From an uncultured Pseudomonadales bacterium (lineage in GTDB: Bacteria > Pseudomonadota > Gammaproteobacteria > Pseudomonadales > UBA7434), in contig CALSNL010000001.1 in the NCBI GenBank assembly GCA_943787705.1, forward strand, positions 396,765 through 460,764: 64,000 nt of DNA. The letters are read 5' to 3'. Made by a program: the position numbers and the translations under genes. This document shows positions 21,495 through 34,072 of this stretch, piece after piece (the first letter of the stretch is position 1; each line of letters opens with the position of its first letter). The notes beneath the pieces were generated by a model. That model saw only the letters and a program-made list of their open reading frames with translations. It searched no databases and had not been told where the DNA came from.

Positions 21495-22339
21495 TAAATA
21501 AGCAAGAAATCGATAAAAATCAAAGCTCTCCTTTTCGGGTTATCGTTGTAGACGATGAGCCATTAGCGCGACGCTTAATTATTGCTAGCTTAATTGATCA
21601 CCCTGAGTTTGAAGTTGTTGCTGAATGCGGGAATGGCCGTCAAGCCGTTGATGCTGTTGATAAATTATCACCTGATTTAATGTTTCTCGATATTCAGATG
21701 CCAGGATTAGGCGGCTTTGATGTGATTCGTTCACTTGGCTCAGATAAAATGCCTGCGGTTATATTCGTGACTGCTTTTGATGCCTTTGCTATTGATGCTT
21801 TTGACGCCAATGCAATCGACTATCTTCTTAAACCTATTAGTGAGGAGCGGTTTTCTCGCGCACTAGGTCGAGCGTTAGTGAGATTAAGGCAAGATAAAGC
21901 ATCTCATGCAGAGAAGCGTAATTTGTTTGGTGCTCTTAATGCGATAGCTGATAGGGTAAGAGAGAAGTCTGAGGCGCAAACCGTTGGTCAGTCTAACGAT
22001 CAAGATGAGAGGAAGATATCGATAAAAGATGGTGATTCGGTTATGCTGGTCATCGAAAGTGATATTGATTGGATAGACGCTGCTGGTGATTATATGTGTA
22101 TTCATGTGGATGGAAAAACGCATGTTATTCGATCTACCATGCATGATTTACTCAGTCGATTGGATCAGGACAAGTTTAAGCGTGTTCATCGCTCAACTGT
22201 AGTGAATACCGATCGTATCGTTAGAATTCAAAAGCATATGAAGGGTGAGTACTTTTTACACCTTGATTGTGATGAGATTATTAAGGTGAGTCGACATTAC
22301 AAAGAAGTAATAAGAGACTTTATTGATCGGCAACCCTAA
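21491..22339 (+). CDS. LytTR-family response regulator
   Basis: Receiver domain (VVDDEPLAR...LDIQMPGLGG...AIDYLLKP) plus a C-terminal LytTR domain (IHVDGKTHVIRSTMHDLLSRL...FKRVHRSTVVN). ATGA overlap with the kinase gene. Confidence 0.9.
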   Translation: MINKQEIDKNQSSPFRVIVVDDEPLARRLIIASLIDHPEFEVVAECGNGRQAVDAVDKLSPDLMFLDIQMPGLGGFDVIRSLGSDKMPAVIFVTAFDAFAIDAFDANAIDYLLKPISEERFSRALGRALVRLRQDKASHAEKRNLFGALNAIADRVREKSEAQTVGQSNDQDERKISIKDGDSVMLVIESDIDWIDAAGDYMCIHVDGKTHVIRSTMHDLLSRLDQDKFKRVHRSTVVNTDRIVRIQKHMKGEYFLHLDCDEIIKVSRHYKEVIRDFIDRQP

Positions 22340-22638
22340 TTTTTAACATTGTTGCCTTGTGAGGTAGTCAGTCCACCTTGTCTACAGATGGCTCCCAGTT
22401 AGCGCAATCAATTTGTTTGATGTGTGCTGTTAGTGCAAAGTGCCGCAAACTTTAATTATTAAAGAAATCAACTTCATAAAAAATTTACAGTTTGATGCTT
22501 TATTAGTATTTCCCTGACAAAAATCCAAAAAGTCATCAGGTCGGTATTAATTAGTGTGACGTTTAAAATAATAGATAAAAATATTTAATAAATCACTGCT
22601 GCAAAGCAGGTTTCCCGTACTAAGCAATTGGAATCAGA

Positions 22639-25600
22639 ATGTATAAGCTATTAAAAGAAGCATCATTATTAACCTTGGTGGCCTTTTTGTTAAGCGCATG
22701 TGGTGGCAGCTTGAACGAAGGCAATACTGATGTCGCAGACGATGGTCCTTCACCTTCTCGCGAATGGCAGCTGGTCTGGAGTGATGAGTTCGAAGGAACA
22801 GAGCTTGACCTTGCTAACTGGGAAATACAGCTTGGTGATGGTAAGTTTTATGGTCTTAGCGGATGGGGTAACGGTGAAGATCAATACTATACCGACTCGC
22901 CAGATAATATTCGCGTTGAAGACGGCAACATGGTTATTACATCACTCGGTGATGGCGTGCCAATGTCAGAAGTTGACCCTGAATACGGCAACCCTAATAC
23001 GGACTATGATTTTACATCAGCTCGTGTAACAACCAGTGAGCGATTTGAGTTTACTTATGGCCGTGTTGAAGCAAACATAAAAATCCAAACTGTCGATGGC
23101 TTGTGGCAGGCTTTTTGGTTGTTAGGCTCAAACTCTTCACCTTATGGCTCTTGGCCGCAAAAAGGTGAAATCGATATTATGGAAACCTATTCGCCGGGAA
23201 GCCAAATAGTCGGCGGAGCCGCTCATTTCGGTACTACTTTCCCTCTAAATCAGTACGTGTCAAAAAATGCTGTAGGTGATTATGATGATGGTGAATACCA
23301 TCTTTATGCTGTTGAGTGGGATGCGGAGCAGATTCGTTGGTATTTTGATGGCAAGCATTTTTACACTTTAACGCAAAAAAGTTATTGGAATTACTATGAA
23401 GATTCGACCAATGGTTGGATGGGCTATGTTGATAAAAATGGCGATGATATCGATGATAATCTAGAAGTAAATAAGTATCTTCAATATAGCGTTGCAACAG
23501 CTAATGCTCCGTTTGATCAAGACCAGTATATTATTTTAAATACGGCTGTTAATGGAAATTTACCAGAAGGTGCTGGTCATTCTGCAGATACTAATCTCGC
23601 TCTATTTAGGAGAGATGTTAGTTGACTACGTGCGAGTCTATCAGTGTGAATCAGACCCTCTTATTCCTGAAGGCACAGGTTGCAAGTCGTATATTGATAC
23701 TGATGTAAATGAGCCATACTACTCAAGCCCTGCTTTCCGAAGAGATATACCTGCCGAAATAAGTTCTTTTGCTGCCTTCAATGATTTATATATTGACGGC
23801 CCAGGACCTGAAAATATTCTAGGTAATGAATTGAAGTTTTTGGTTACCGATACCGCTTCACTTAATGAGGCTGTTGATCCAGACGACGCTTCAAATACTT
23901 ACTTACACCTTGAGTCACTCGGCATCATAGGTGGGGTTATACCAACTGTCGGATTTGCTCGAGAAGATGATGAGACTTCTATTCTAGCCGGCTTTGAAGG
24001 CTCTCCTGTTGCCTCTGGTGACATCAAATTTGACTTATATGTCGAGAGCTTTGATGAAGAAGCTAGTAACCCCTTATTTTTTGTGGGGATGGCTAATGCG
24101 CCGGACCAGAGAAAATTCACCTCATTATCTTTCAATGATTACGCTGTAGGTGAGTGGCATCGTGTGACTGTGCCCATTGCTGATATTCTTACGGGCTCTG
24201 GTCAGAAGCTAAATACCAAGGTCATATCTGAAGTACTACGTTTTATGGTAAACGCTGAGGCAGTGGTTCGCATTGATAATGTTCAATTTGCTTGCGGTGG
24301 TATAGCGTGCGGCATTATCGATGAAGTGCCTGTGTTTATAGATAGCATTGATCCATTATGGACACGTGGTATTCGCGGTAATGATTCCCAACAAAAATCC
24401 TCTGCCTTTGAAAATCCTGATTACACCGAAAATGATCAGCACCATGTTCAGTGGGAGATTATTGATACCGGTGAAGAAGGTCATGACAATGTCATTCAAA
24501 CGACCATTGGTCCCGGCCGATCAGCTACTGATCCTCTGTTCCCTAGCGAAGCGGTAAACTTTATTGGCTCTTTAAATGCCATTTCAGCGATCGCTGCTTT
24601 AAGTGAGGGTGAGTTCCGCTTTGATATTCGCATGTTACGCAATCCTAATAACGTTGATCTCTATTTTAAAGTGGATGGTGCTTTCAGTTCTACTGGTGAG
24701 CAGCCGTTAACGCTTTCAACACCGGTTGGCGACTGGGTAACTTATCGTTGTTCAATTAAAAACCTAAAATCTCAAGGCCTTGGATGTTGGTACGATTACA
24801 GCGCCTTTTGTTATGGTGCCTGGTCTGAATGGGGCAGGTAAAGATCTTACTTTCCAGTGGGATAATGTTGAGTTTTCACCGGTTAAAGAGGGTGACTCTC
24901 CAAGCTTGCAGTTACCCATCCTGTTTAATGAAGGCGGATTTCTGCTTACCTATTTCACCTTTCTCAGGTGGCTCATTTGGCTTAGTTAATAATCCAGACA
25001 CTGTCGGCCATCCAGCCGATAGTGCAGAAGATGATAATAGTAAGGTGGGTAAGACTATTAAGTCTGATTACGGCGTTACCTTCGGTGGCATTACTCTAAA
25101 TTTAGAAGAGAATATTGTATTTGGTGGTACATCATCAGGTGCTAACAAGCTATTTAAATTAAAAGCCTTTACGCCACGAGATCCTACTTCGAGTTACTCA
25201 AATCCAGCTAATGATGAGCCACCACGCCCATTGGGCAACATGAGAGTTTCGTTTAAATTAGAAGGTGCTCCAGGACTGGGTTCAGACATTGAGAGGGAAT
25301 TTACACTCTCTCAGGAATCGCAATGGGAAGATATTACTATCGATTTCAACGGCGCAGGCGCTGGTGAGTTTAATGGTATAACTATGATCATTGATAACGG
25401 CTATCGTACAAATGGTTTCGTAGATGATTGGACTTTGTACTTCGATAATATCACTCAAGAAGATTCAACTTCGGTTATTGCTAGTTTAAGTGATGATATT
25501 AACGGTGATTCGACGACTTACACCTTTGATGATCAGGTAAATTTCTTTTATCCATCGCCATCAGGTGTTTGTGGTGCACGCGCCACGATTGTTAATGACC

Positions 25601-26063
25601 CTGAAGATATCAATGGCCGAGTAGGTCAGGTTGTTTACGATGTTATTGAGCCATCTTGTGGTAAAGGTGTTACGTTTATTGGTGCGGCGGGCGGCTTCCC
25701 ATGCAGCGATTCCTTTTGAAGCCGGAAGAACGACTGTGAGTATTGATGTTTATACAGATCAAGCCGGTTCTGAAGTGACTATGAAGGTTGAAGATGCGCA
25801 AGACTCTTTTCGTTCTGCTGAGGTAATTGCTGTAACACAGTCGGCGGGTTGGTCAACGTTAGAATTTGATTTCTGCTACGATGGGTATTCAAGTTAATGA
25901 ATCATTTGAAAAAATGATGTTGATTTTTGAACCGAATAAGTGTGTTCAGAATCCTGAATTTGATCCAACGTGTACCAATTTACCGGCCACTGATGTTTAT
26001 TACTTCGATAACATGTTCACGTACTGCCAGCCTATAAAAATTAAGTTACACCTTCTTCGCTGA
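22639..26063 (+). pseudogene. GH16 beta-1,3-glucanase (laminarinase) lipoprotein with four C-terminal beta-sandwich modules, broken by 5 frameshifts (pseudogene or sequencing errors)
   Basis: Lipobox LLSAC and GH16 catalytic motif GEIDIMET. The conserved end of the domain, MLVDYVRVYQ, lies in the next frame. ORFs 22639-23625, 23552-24841, 24780-24989, 24829-25719, 25631-25897 and 25866-26063 join end to end into about 1140 codons. Confidence 0.85.
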
Positions 26064-26143
26064 CTTATGATGCGAAGTAGTGGGGATTAAAATTAAGTAC
26101 GACTGATTATTATCGCTAAAAAATTATAGCTTCGGAATAACAT

Positions 26144-28815
26144 ATGAAACGCGTTAACTTTTTAAAATTATTTTTATTATCGGCCGCCACACTGTTTTTG
26201 TCTGTCTTTGCTATCGCTCAGGAAGATGATGAAGACGGTTACGGTATCGAAGAGGTCATCGTCACCGTAGAGCGTCGTCAAACGAGTCTACAAGACTATG
26301 CTGGAACAGCGGTAAGTATTAGCGCTGAAGAACTCGATATGGGCGGTATTATTAATATCGCTGATTTGGCAGAAAACGTTCCAGGTCTTGATATTGGTCA
26401 AAGTGGCGGTAACTTAGAAGTTTGGGTACGCGGTATTGGTTCATCAAACAATACTGAGCTAGGTGACCCCGCAGCCGCCTTCCATTTTAATGGCGTTTAT
26501 ATTCCACGTCCCTCAGGTATCGGTTCAGCATTTTTCGATATTGCTCGAGTAGAAGTAAACGTTGGACCACAGGGTACGCTTCGTGGTCGTAACGCAATGG
26601 CGGGCTCTATCAATGCCATTACCTGGGATCCGTGGTTAGATAACTATGTTGCTAATGTTGAAGCTGAGATTGGCACTTATGGTCAAAAAGTTTTTCGTGG
26701 TGTGGTTAACGTTCCTGTTGGTGATAGTTTTGCCGCACGTTTAGCCGTTTATAAAATGGATCACGACTCTTACTTTAAAGATGTTAGTGAGAAAAACTTA
26801 GGCGTTTCTGAAAAAGAAGATAATTTTGGAACACGTTTATCTTTCCTTTACGAGCCAAATGATGATTTACGCGTTCTGTTTTCTGCAGACTATTTGCTAG
26901 AAGAAGGTACGGGTTGGACCGGTTCTAACTACGCTAATTTATTAGGTAATGATATCGATCCACAATCAGTTGATAACCCACGTACCGTTTATGCCCGTGG
27001 TTTTGAGCCAGAGCTTTACAACCCGCATTGGGGTATTAAGTTTCAAGTTAATTATGAGTTAGGTTTTGCTAATCTTGAGTATATGTTTGGTCATCGAGAT
27101 CTGCTCGCTAATTACCGTGCCGCTACACCTTTAACGCCTGATTACCCTGGTGTACGAGGAAGTTTAGCGCCTATAGAAGAAGCTTTAGATAATTGGTCGT
27201 TCTATCAAAGTTCTACGGGTTCAGTGTCTAATATCCATGAATTAAGATTGGTTTCTCCGTTTGATCAAACCGTTTCTTACACGATTGGTTTATTTTACTT
27301 TGAAGAAGATCAGCACAGCTTCTTAGCTTCAACTGGCGATAGAGCAACTTATTTCCAAGGCTTCGAATTTAATCAGCCAAATACTAATTCCGATTCTGTC
27401 TCTATTTATACAGATGTTACATGGAACATTTCAGACAGCACTCGTCTAACGGGTGGTTTACGCTTCTCTGATGACCACAAAGAACGTCAAGGTGTAAATG
27501 CTTCATACCGCTTTTGCTTAGGCGCAGAGAACGAAGACGGTAATGCTGGTGTTTGTCAGGGCGCTAGAGTAGGTACTCCTGGGTTTGAATTTACCGGCCT
27601 AGACAGAACCATTTATGATCCTGATATCAATGGCGATGGTAGTGTATCTGATGATGAGTTCTTAGCCTTTTACTACGATGGCATTAAAAGCTTTGGTGTC
27701 AATGACACTATCGACGATATTCTTGCTGGTGGTACATTTGTTACAGGTAGCAACCCAACACCTCCAGATTGTCCTGATGTAGACAGCACAGATGGTATTT
27801 ACACACAAGCGGATGGCAAGTGTGGCGAAATTTATATTATTGATCCAGGCAATGCCATAACAGTTCAGGATGGTGAAATCGATGATAATTTTGTTGATTG
27901 GCGCATTCGTCTTGAGCATGATTTTGATGACGACCTTCTTACCTATGGTTTAATTGCCACTGGTCATAAAACTGGTGGTTTTAATGATAACTTTCCAGGT
28001 TTAGATCGCCCGGTTAGTTATGGTACTGAGCAGGTTACACTGTATGAGTTAGGTTTTAAAAATACCTTCGATGTAGGCTCAATTCCTACCCAACTTAATG
28101 GTTCGCTTTTTTACAATGATTATACTGACCAAGTATTTTGTAATGTTGTTACTGTAGAGCAGGCCATTGAAATTGCTGAAGAAGGCAGTTCATCGACTGA
28201 TGAAGCGCCAAGATCTTCTTTAGGTGTTAACTTCTGTTTTAATGCTGCCAGCTCAAGCATTAAAGGTTTCCAGCTTGATGGTAAGTTCTTATTCCCTTGG
28301 GACTTAACGTTCACGTGGACTTATTTGTATTTGGATGCAACTATCGATCAGGCTGATCCGATTCAAGATTCTCGTTACCAAGCAGATATTGATCCACTCA
28401 ATGCTCGATTTATTGATATCTCAGGTAACCGATTACCAAGAACGGCTGAAAATCAATTTAACTTCTCTCTAGGTCCAGTCGCTAGATGTAGCTACTGGCC
28501 GCTTTCGATTATTTATTATCAGTCGGTTATCGAGATGATCATTTCTTATCCATCTATAACAGCTTGGATTATAGCCGCGAATTTGAAGAAACCGGTATAG
28601 TTGATCCTCGCTTAGATGATTTGGTTAAAGGTTACTGGACGGTTGACCTAGGTATTGGTTATAACCATGGTGATACTAACTTGCGCCTTGAAGGTTATGT
28701 TAACAACCTTACTGATGTTGTTCAGCCTACAGCCATGCTAATTACCCAAGACAGTAATACGCGTTTCTTTACACGTCCTAAAATATACGGTTTCCGTATT
28801 AAATGGGGTTTATAG
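26144..28815 (+). pseudogene. TonB-dependent outer-membrane receptor, interrupted by two frameshifts about 28 bp apart near the C-terminus
   Basis: Signal peptide, plug region (EEVIVTVERRQTSLQD...) and a long beta-barrel. The last ~110 residues (LDVATGRF / DYLLSVGYRDDHF...YGFRIKWGL) continue in other frames (28482.. then 28507..). Confidence 0.85.
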
Positions 28816-28846
28816 AAGTCGCTTTAGTTTAGTGTTAGTGTGTTCT

Positions 28847-28875
28847 AACGGCAGGCCTTTGGGTCTGCCGTTTTC
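28847..28875 (+). terminator. rho-independent terminator after the receptor gene
   Basis: aacggcag gcctttgggt ctgccgtt followed by a T-run. Confidence 0.75.
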
Positions 28876-28998
28876 ATTTAAGCGTCGTTTTTTTGCCTCG
28901 TTTGCCTAAGTATTTTCTTGTATTTCATTTTTTATTCGCTATTTATTTTCATTTGTGTAGAATCCCGCCTCAAATAATAACCCTTTGAGGCATTACTG

Positions 28999-30228
28999 AT
29001 GACTAACTCCTCCGCTACTCAAAAACAAAATGGCTATGGCTTTGCCCTTGTGTCGTTAACGTCACTATTTTTTATGTGGGGTTTAATTACTAGCCTCAAT
29101 GATGTGTTAATACCGCGTTTAAAGGCAGTATTTGAACTTAGCTATACCGAAGCAATGATGGTGCAGTTTTGTTTTTTCTTTGCTTATTTTGTTGTTTCAC
29201 TACCCGCCGGAAACTTAGTTAAGAGAATAGGTTATAAATCAGGCATTATTATCGGTTTAATTATTGCCGGTATCGGCTGCGCATGCTTTTATCCCGCGGC
29301 CGCTTTTCAGTCATATAACTACTTTTTAGCTGCGTTATTCATCATGGCTTCCGGTATTACCTTGTTGCAAGTTGCTGCCAACCCTTATGTGACTGTATTA
29401 GGAGATTCTGAAACAGCCAGTAGTCGATTAACTATGACACAGGCGTTTAACGCTTTAGGTACAACGATTGGGCCATGGATAGGGGGTATATTAATTCTTG
29501 GTTCAGCGACTAGTGCAGTAGAGAATTCGGTAGCCGATGCCAGTTCAGTGCAAATGCCATATCTTGCTTTAGCGGGTGCATTAATTTTAATGGCAGCCAT
29601 TTTCTCAATATTAAGACTACCTACGGTAGATGTTGAAGATGATTCAGCAGCAGTTGATCCGTCGGAAGGCTCCGCTTGGACATACTCACACTTAGTCTTA
29701 GGCGCGTTAGCTATCTTTTTATATGTTGGTGCTGAAGTGTCTATTGGTAGCTTTTTAATTAACTTTTTAGGTGAAGCAAATATTGCTGGTCTTGAAGAAT
29801 CTGATGCTGCCAAATACGTTTCTTTTTATTGGGGTGGTGCAATGATAGGCCGCTTTATAGGTGCGGCGGCTATGCAGTTTATTCCTGCTGGTAAGGCCTT
29901 AGCGTTTAATGCGCTAGCAGCATCTGTCCTGGTTGCGTTAGCCGTATTTACCGATGGTCAAGTAGCTATGTGGTCTATCTTGTTTGTCGGCCTATTTAAT
30001 TCAATTATGTTCCCAACTATCTTTAGTTTAGCCATTAAAGGATTAGGTCAGCATACCAGTCAAGGCTCTGGCATATTATGTCTAGCGATTGTCGGTGGCG
30101 CTATTGTGCCTTTATTACAAGGTGTATTGGCTGATACTTACGGTGTGCAGCCAGCGTTTTTATTGGCTATTGCCTGTTATGTTTACATCATATTTTATGG
30201 CTTAAAAGGTTCAGTGCCTAAAGCATGA
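28999..30228 (+). CDS. gluP: glucose/galactose MFS transporter (FucP/GluP family)
   Basis: [19 protein letters not shown] is a signature of the GluP/FucP subfamily. 12 TM segments, 409 aa. Confidence 0.85.
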   Translation: MTNSSATQKQNGYGFALVSLTSLFFMWGLITSLNDVLIPRLKAVFELSYTEAMMVQFCFFFAYFVVSLPAGNLVKRIGYKSGIIIGLIIAGIGCACFYPAAAFQSYNYFLAALFIMASGITLLQVAANPYVTVLGDSETASSRLTMTQAFNALGTTIGPWIGGILILGSATSAVENSVADASSVQMPYLALAGALILMAAIFSILRLPTVDVEDDSAAVDPSEGSAWTYSHLVLGALAIFLYVGAEVSIGSFLINFLGEANIAGLEESDAAKYVSFYWGGAMIGRFIGAAAMQFIPAGKALAFNALAASVLVALAVFTDGQVAMWSILFVGLFNSIMFPTIFSLAIKGLGQHTSQGSGILCLAIVGGAIVPLLQGVLADTYGVQPAFLLAIACYVYIIFYGLKGSVPKA

Positions 30229-30289
30229 TTCGAGTAAAAATTTTATGAGTAATGATTTAAACGTCATTCCTCATATAATAAAACGCACA

Positions 30290-30318
30290 AAAAAAGACGG
30301 CTAAGGCCGTCTTTTTTG
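30290..30318. terminator. bidirectional terminator between convergent gluP and glk
   Basis: An A-run, then agacggc taag gccgtct, then a T-run. Confidence 0.8.
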
Positions 30319-30348
30319 TATTCAAATATTAAAAATATAAACGATTAA

Positions 30349-31400
30349 TTACTCTGGGCTATAAGCTGCTGCACCAATTAAACCAGGCTGTGGTTCAATG
30401 ATTAAGTGCGTTGAAATTGCCTTATTATAATCTGACATAACACCCTTACTTTCAAAGCGATGACGAAAATTACTGGCCGATAAAAACTCAACAAACTTCG
30501 GCAAAATTCCACCCGCCAAAATCAAACCACCCTGAGCACCTGTACAAAGTGCTTGATCCCCCGCAGCACTGCCTAACAAAGTACAAAAGGCGTGCATCGC
30601 TTGTCGGCAATAATTATCTTTAGTCGTTGTACCATCTCCACAGCCACGTTGCTGAATTTGTGGAGCCGTTAAAGATTTTGCATCGTCGAGTGGCGCGCCA
30701 TTATTATTAATAGCAACAATCGCCTCATACAAACGCTCAATGCCAGCACCACAAACAAAGAACTCGCGGTTAATACGGCTTCCCTTAGCGCGCCAATAAT
30801 CAAAAATGGAAAGCTCAAGAGAGCTGCGTGCACTTATAGCTGCGTGTCCACCTTCGGTCGCGACTACTTTATAGCTTGGCTTTTCAGTATTACTTGGCTT
30901 TTCAGTATTACTGATAACGGAATTAATAATGCTGCACCAAGACCAGTGCCTGGACCAAATAAAGAAATCGGTGCACCAGGATTAGCTTTGCCCTCACCAA
31001 TAGAAATTAATTGCGAATCATCGAGATAGGGCACAGAATGAGCAATCGCCGCAAAATCATTTATTAACCAAGCATGCTGGATATTTAAAATATCTTTTAA
31101 TAAATCAGTCGATATTTCCCAATCGTAGTTAGTCATCTTTACTTTATTATCAAAGATCGCGCCGGCAACGGCAAAGCAGCAAGACTTTATTTTTTGAGTG
31201 TCATCGTTGAGGTTTTTATTCGCTAAGTAATGAGTAATTAAGTGCTTAAGATCTTCATAATCACGTAAGCTAAACTGCTCAATTTCACGCAACGCGACTT
31301 TACTATTGTCCGTGTTATCAACACCGTCGCAAATCGCAAAACGGATATTAGTGCCACCAAGATCGGCAACTAATCGAGGGAAGACATTTTCGTTTGTCAT
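30349..31400 (-). pseudogene. glk: glucokinase, split by one frameshift (about 30919-30926)
   Basis: The N-terminal ORF has LVADLGGTNIRFA and GPGTGLGAA. The other frame is open from about 30960 and reads SVISNTEKPSNTEKPSYKVVATEGGHAAISAR...CGAGIERLYEAI. Confidence 0.85.
30875..30910. repeat. perfect 18-bp tandem duplication inside glk (cttggcttttcagtatta x2)
   Basis: Direct reading of the sequence. The duplication is in-frame and encodes NTEKPS twice in the glucokinase frame. Confidence 0.95.
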
Positions 31401-31427
31401 TATACTAATCCTATAAAATGCGAGGAA

Positions 31428-33251
31428 CTAAACGGTTTCCCAGTGTTGAAAAACCGTTGCACCTTGTTCTGCACCATTCACTTGACCGCGCATAAAGCCA
31501 AATAACTCACGCCCTGTACCAAACTGAGATCCAGTAGGGTTGTAAGCGACTAACTCGCGACTCTGCCATTCGGCTTCATCAACTAAGGCTGCAACCTCGC
31601 CAGTATGCGCATTAAGACGAACAATATCACCGTCTCTTAATTTTGCTAACGGCCCGCCGCAGGCTGCTTCTGGTGTTATATGAATGGCCGAAGGTACTTT
31701 ACCTGATGCGCCAGACATACGTCCGTCAGTAATTAGCGCAACCTTAAGGCCTTTATCTTGTAAGATGCCAAGGAAAGGTGTCATCTTATGAAGCTCAGGC
31801 ATACCGTTAGCTTGCGGGCCTTGAAAGCGCACAACAGCTACAACATCTTTTTCCATTAAGCCTTGTTCAAAAGCCGTTTGTAATTCTTGCTGGCTATCAA
31901 AGATCATCGCCGGTGCTTCTATAACGCGATGCTCTTCAGCAACAGCTGAAACTTTTATAACGCTTCGGCCTAAGTTGCCTTTTAATAAACGTATGCCGCC
32001 ATCAGCCTGAAAAGGCTTTGATGCTGTAGCCACGACTGTAGGATCGCCACTGACTTCATTAATATCTGACCATTGGACTTTGTTATTCTCCCAATGAGGG
32101 CGTTGTGTAAAGTGCTTAAGGCCTTTGCCCCAAACGGTCATTACATCGTTATGTAAAAAGCCTGCATCAAGTAATTCACGAATAACAAATTCACTGCCAC
32201 CAGCGGCATGAAAATGATTCACATCGGCTGTCCCGTTAGGGTACACACGAGTGAGTAGGGGGGTTACAGCTGAAAGATCAGAGAAGTCTTCCCAGTCAAT
32301 AATAATGCCTGCAGCGCGGGCAATGGCCACCCAGTGAATGGTATGGTTAGTTGAGCCGCCAGTAGCCATTAAGCCTACTAGTGCATTAACAATAGTTTTT
32401 TCATTAACCACTTCACATAAAGGTGTATAGTTTTTTCCTAAGTCAGAAATTTTGCAAGCTTGCTCGGTAGCGGCTTCAACTAAACCGGTACGAAGGTCTT
32501 CACTTGGATGAACAAAGGCAGAGCCGGGCACATGAAGCCCCATCACTTCCATAAGCATTTGGTTACTGTTGGCAGTGCCGTAAAACGTACAAGTGCCGGC
32601 GCTATGATAGGCCGCAGATTCAGCCTCCAATAATTCATCATCGCCCACTTCGCCTTTAGCATATTGTTGACGTACTTTTGCTTTTTCACCGTTGGATAAG
32701 CCAGAACCCATTGGTCCTGCAGGCACCATAACCATAGGCAGGTGACCAAAGCTAAGTGCGCCAATTAATAAGCCAGGAACAATTTTATCGCAAACGCCAA
32801 GACAGACAACGGCATCAAACATATTGTGGCTAAGAGAGACTGCGGTCGCTGTAGCAATAACATCACGGCTAAATAAGCTTAGCTCCATGCCTGCGGTACC
32901 CTGAGTTACGCCATCACACATGGCCGGAACACCACCAGCAAATTGTGCAGTACAACCCATTTTATGTGCGGATTTTTTAATAACTTCTGGATACTCAGCA
33001 AACGGTTGATGTGCTGATAACATATCGTTATAGGCGCTAACAATGCCAATGTTCGCGGCGTTTTCAAGACGCATGGTGTCTTTGTCGTCACTGCTACAGG
33101 CGGCAAAGCCATGAGCTAAATTACTACAGCCTAGCGCACCACGTTGCGGGCCGTTATCGCGCATTTCTTCGCAGCGAGCTAAATAGTCGGCTCGTGTTTT
33201 TACAGAGCGATCAATAATGCGTTGGGTAATTTTTTCTACTGTGGGGTTCAT
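31428..33251 (-). CDS. edd: phosphogluconate dehydratase (Entner-Doudoroff)
   Basis: The N-terminus [30 protein letters not shown] parallels E. coli Edd. IlvD/Edd family, 607 aa. Confidence 0.95.
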   Translation of the reverse strand: MNPTVEKITQRIIDRSVKTRADYLARCEEMRDNGPQRGALGCSNLAHGFAACSSDDKDTMRLENAANIGIVSAYNDMLSAHQPFAEYPEVIKKSAHKMGCTAQFAGGVPAMCDGVTQGTAGMELSLFSRDVIATATAVSLSHNMFDAVVCLGVCDKIVPGLLIGALSFGHLPMVMVPAGPMGSGLSNGEKAKVRQQYAKGEVGDDELLEAESAAYHSAGTCTFYGTANSNQMLMEVMGLHVPGSAFVHPSEDLRTGLVEAATEQACKISDLGKNYTPLCEVVNEKTIVNALVGLMATGGSTNHTIHWVAIARAAGIIIDWEDFSDLSAVTPLLTRVYPNGTADVNHFHAAGGSEFVIRELLDAGFLHNDVMTVWGKGLKHFTQRPHWENNKVQWSDINEVSGDPTVVATASKPFQADGGIRLLKGNLGRSVIKVSAVAEEHRVIEAPAMIFDSQQELQTAFEQGLMEKDVVAVVRFQGPQANGMPELHKMTPFLGILQDKGLKVALITDGRMSGASGKVPSAIHITPEAACGGPLAKLRDGDIVRLNAHTGEVAALVDEAEWQSRELVAYNPTGSQFGTGRELFGFMRGQVNGAEQGATVFQHWETV

Positions 33252-33343
33252 GCTGTGGCCTATTAAATATGATGGGCTGTAAATATAAATTATGGATAGT
33301 TTATCTTGCTAAAAAGATAAACTAATAAATACTAAGCTAGCTT

Positions 33344-34072
33344 TTAGCTAGCCCAGTAAATATTAACCGCTTGCTCTAATTGAGAAAGGGTTCGATGAAT
33401 AGGTAGGGCATCATTTGTATTAAGCCCGCTCTCTAATACTTGACGCTTATCATCGCCAGTAATATGAAGGTAAAGATGTTTTGCTGCTGCAACGCAGGGA
33501 TAGCTTAAAGTAATGCGAGGCATTGGCTGCGACGGCGGTAAGGTGCTCAGAGTTAAACTGCCACCTGTCGCATCTAATGCACAATCGATCTCTGGCGCAT
33601 CAGGAAACCAAGAAGCTGTATGACCATCGCCACCCATACCTAAGATAACAACATCAAAAGGTTGTTTAATCTCAGTTGCAAGTTTGTTGTTGTAATCAAT
33701 GACACCTGAAGCGACATCATCATGCGCTGATTTCATACCAATAAAATTGGCCGCTGCCGCATGGTTAATTAGAAAACATTCGCGAAGCATGCGCTCATTA
33801 CTTTGATCACTGTCGGGTTCTACCCAGCGTTCATCGACCAGAGTGATATCGACCTTTGACCAGTCGATATCAACTTGGCTTAACGCTGAAAATAAAGCCT
33901 TAGGCGTTGAGCCGCCAGAAACAGCAATACTTGCTTTGCCATCATCATTAATAGCTTGGGTCAGTTGTTTAACAATAGAAGCTGTTAATGCTGACTCTAG
34001 CTCTGCGCGATTATCAAAATGAAGCTGCTTATGCTTATTAATGATTTGCTCTATCGTTTGAATGCTACTCAT
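33344..34072 (-). CDS. pgl: 6-phosphogluconolactonase
   Basis: SGGSTP and GMGGDGHTAS motifs. ATGA overlap with zwf. Confidence 0.92.
   Translation of the reverse strand: MSSIQTIEQIINKHKQLHFDNRAELESALTASIVKQLTQAINDDGKASIAVSGGSTPKALFSALSQVDIDWSKVDITLVDERWVEPDSDQSNERMLRECFLINHAAAANFIGMKSAHDDVASGVIDYNNKLATEIKQPFDVVILGMGGDGHTASWFPDAPEIDCALDATGGSLTLSTLPPSQPMPRITLSYPCVAAAKHLYLHITGDDKRQVLESGLNTNDALPIHRTLSQLEQAVNIYWAS

Noticed and set aside
24780-26063. ORFs 24780-24989, 24829-25719, 25631-25897 and 25866-26063 as independent genes
   Set aside because: Their translations join seamlessly across single-base shifts into one multi-module GH16 protein. None has its own ribosome-binding site or a sensible N-terminus.
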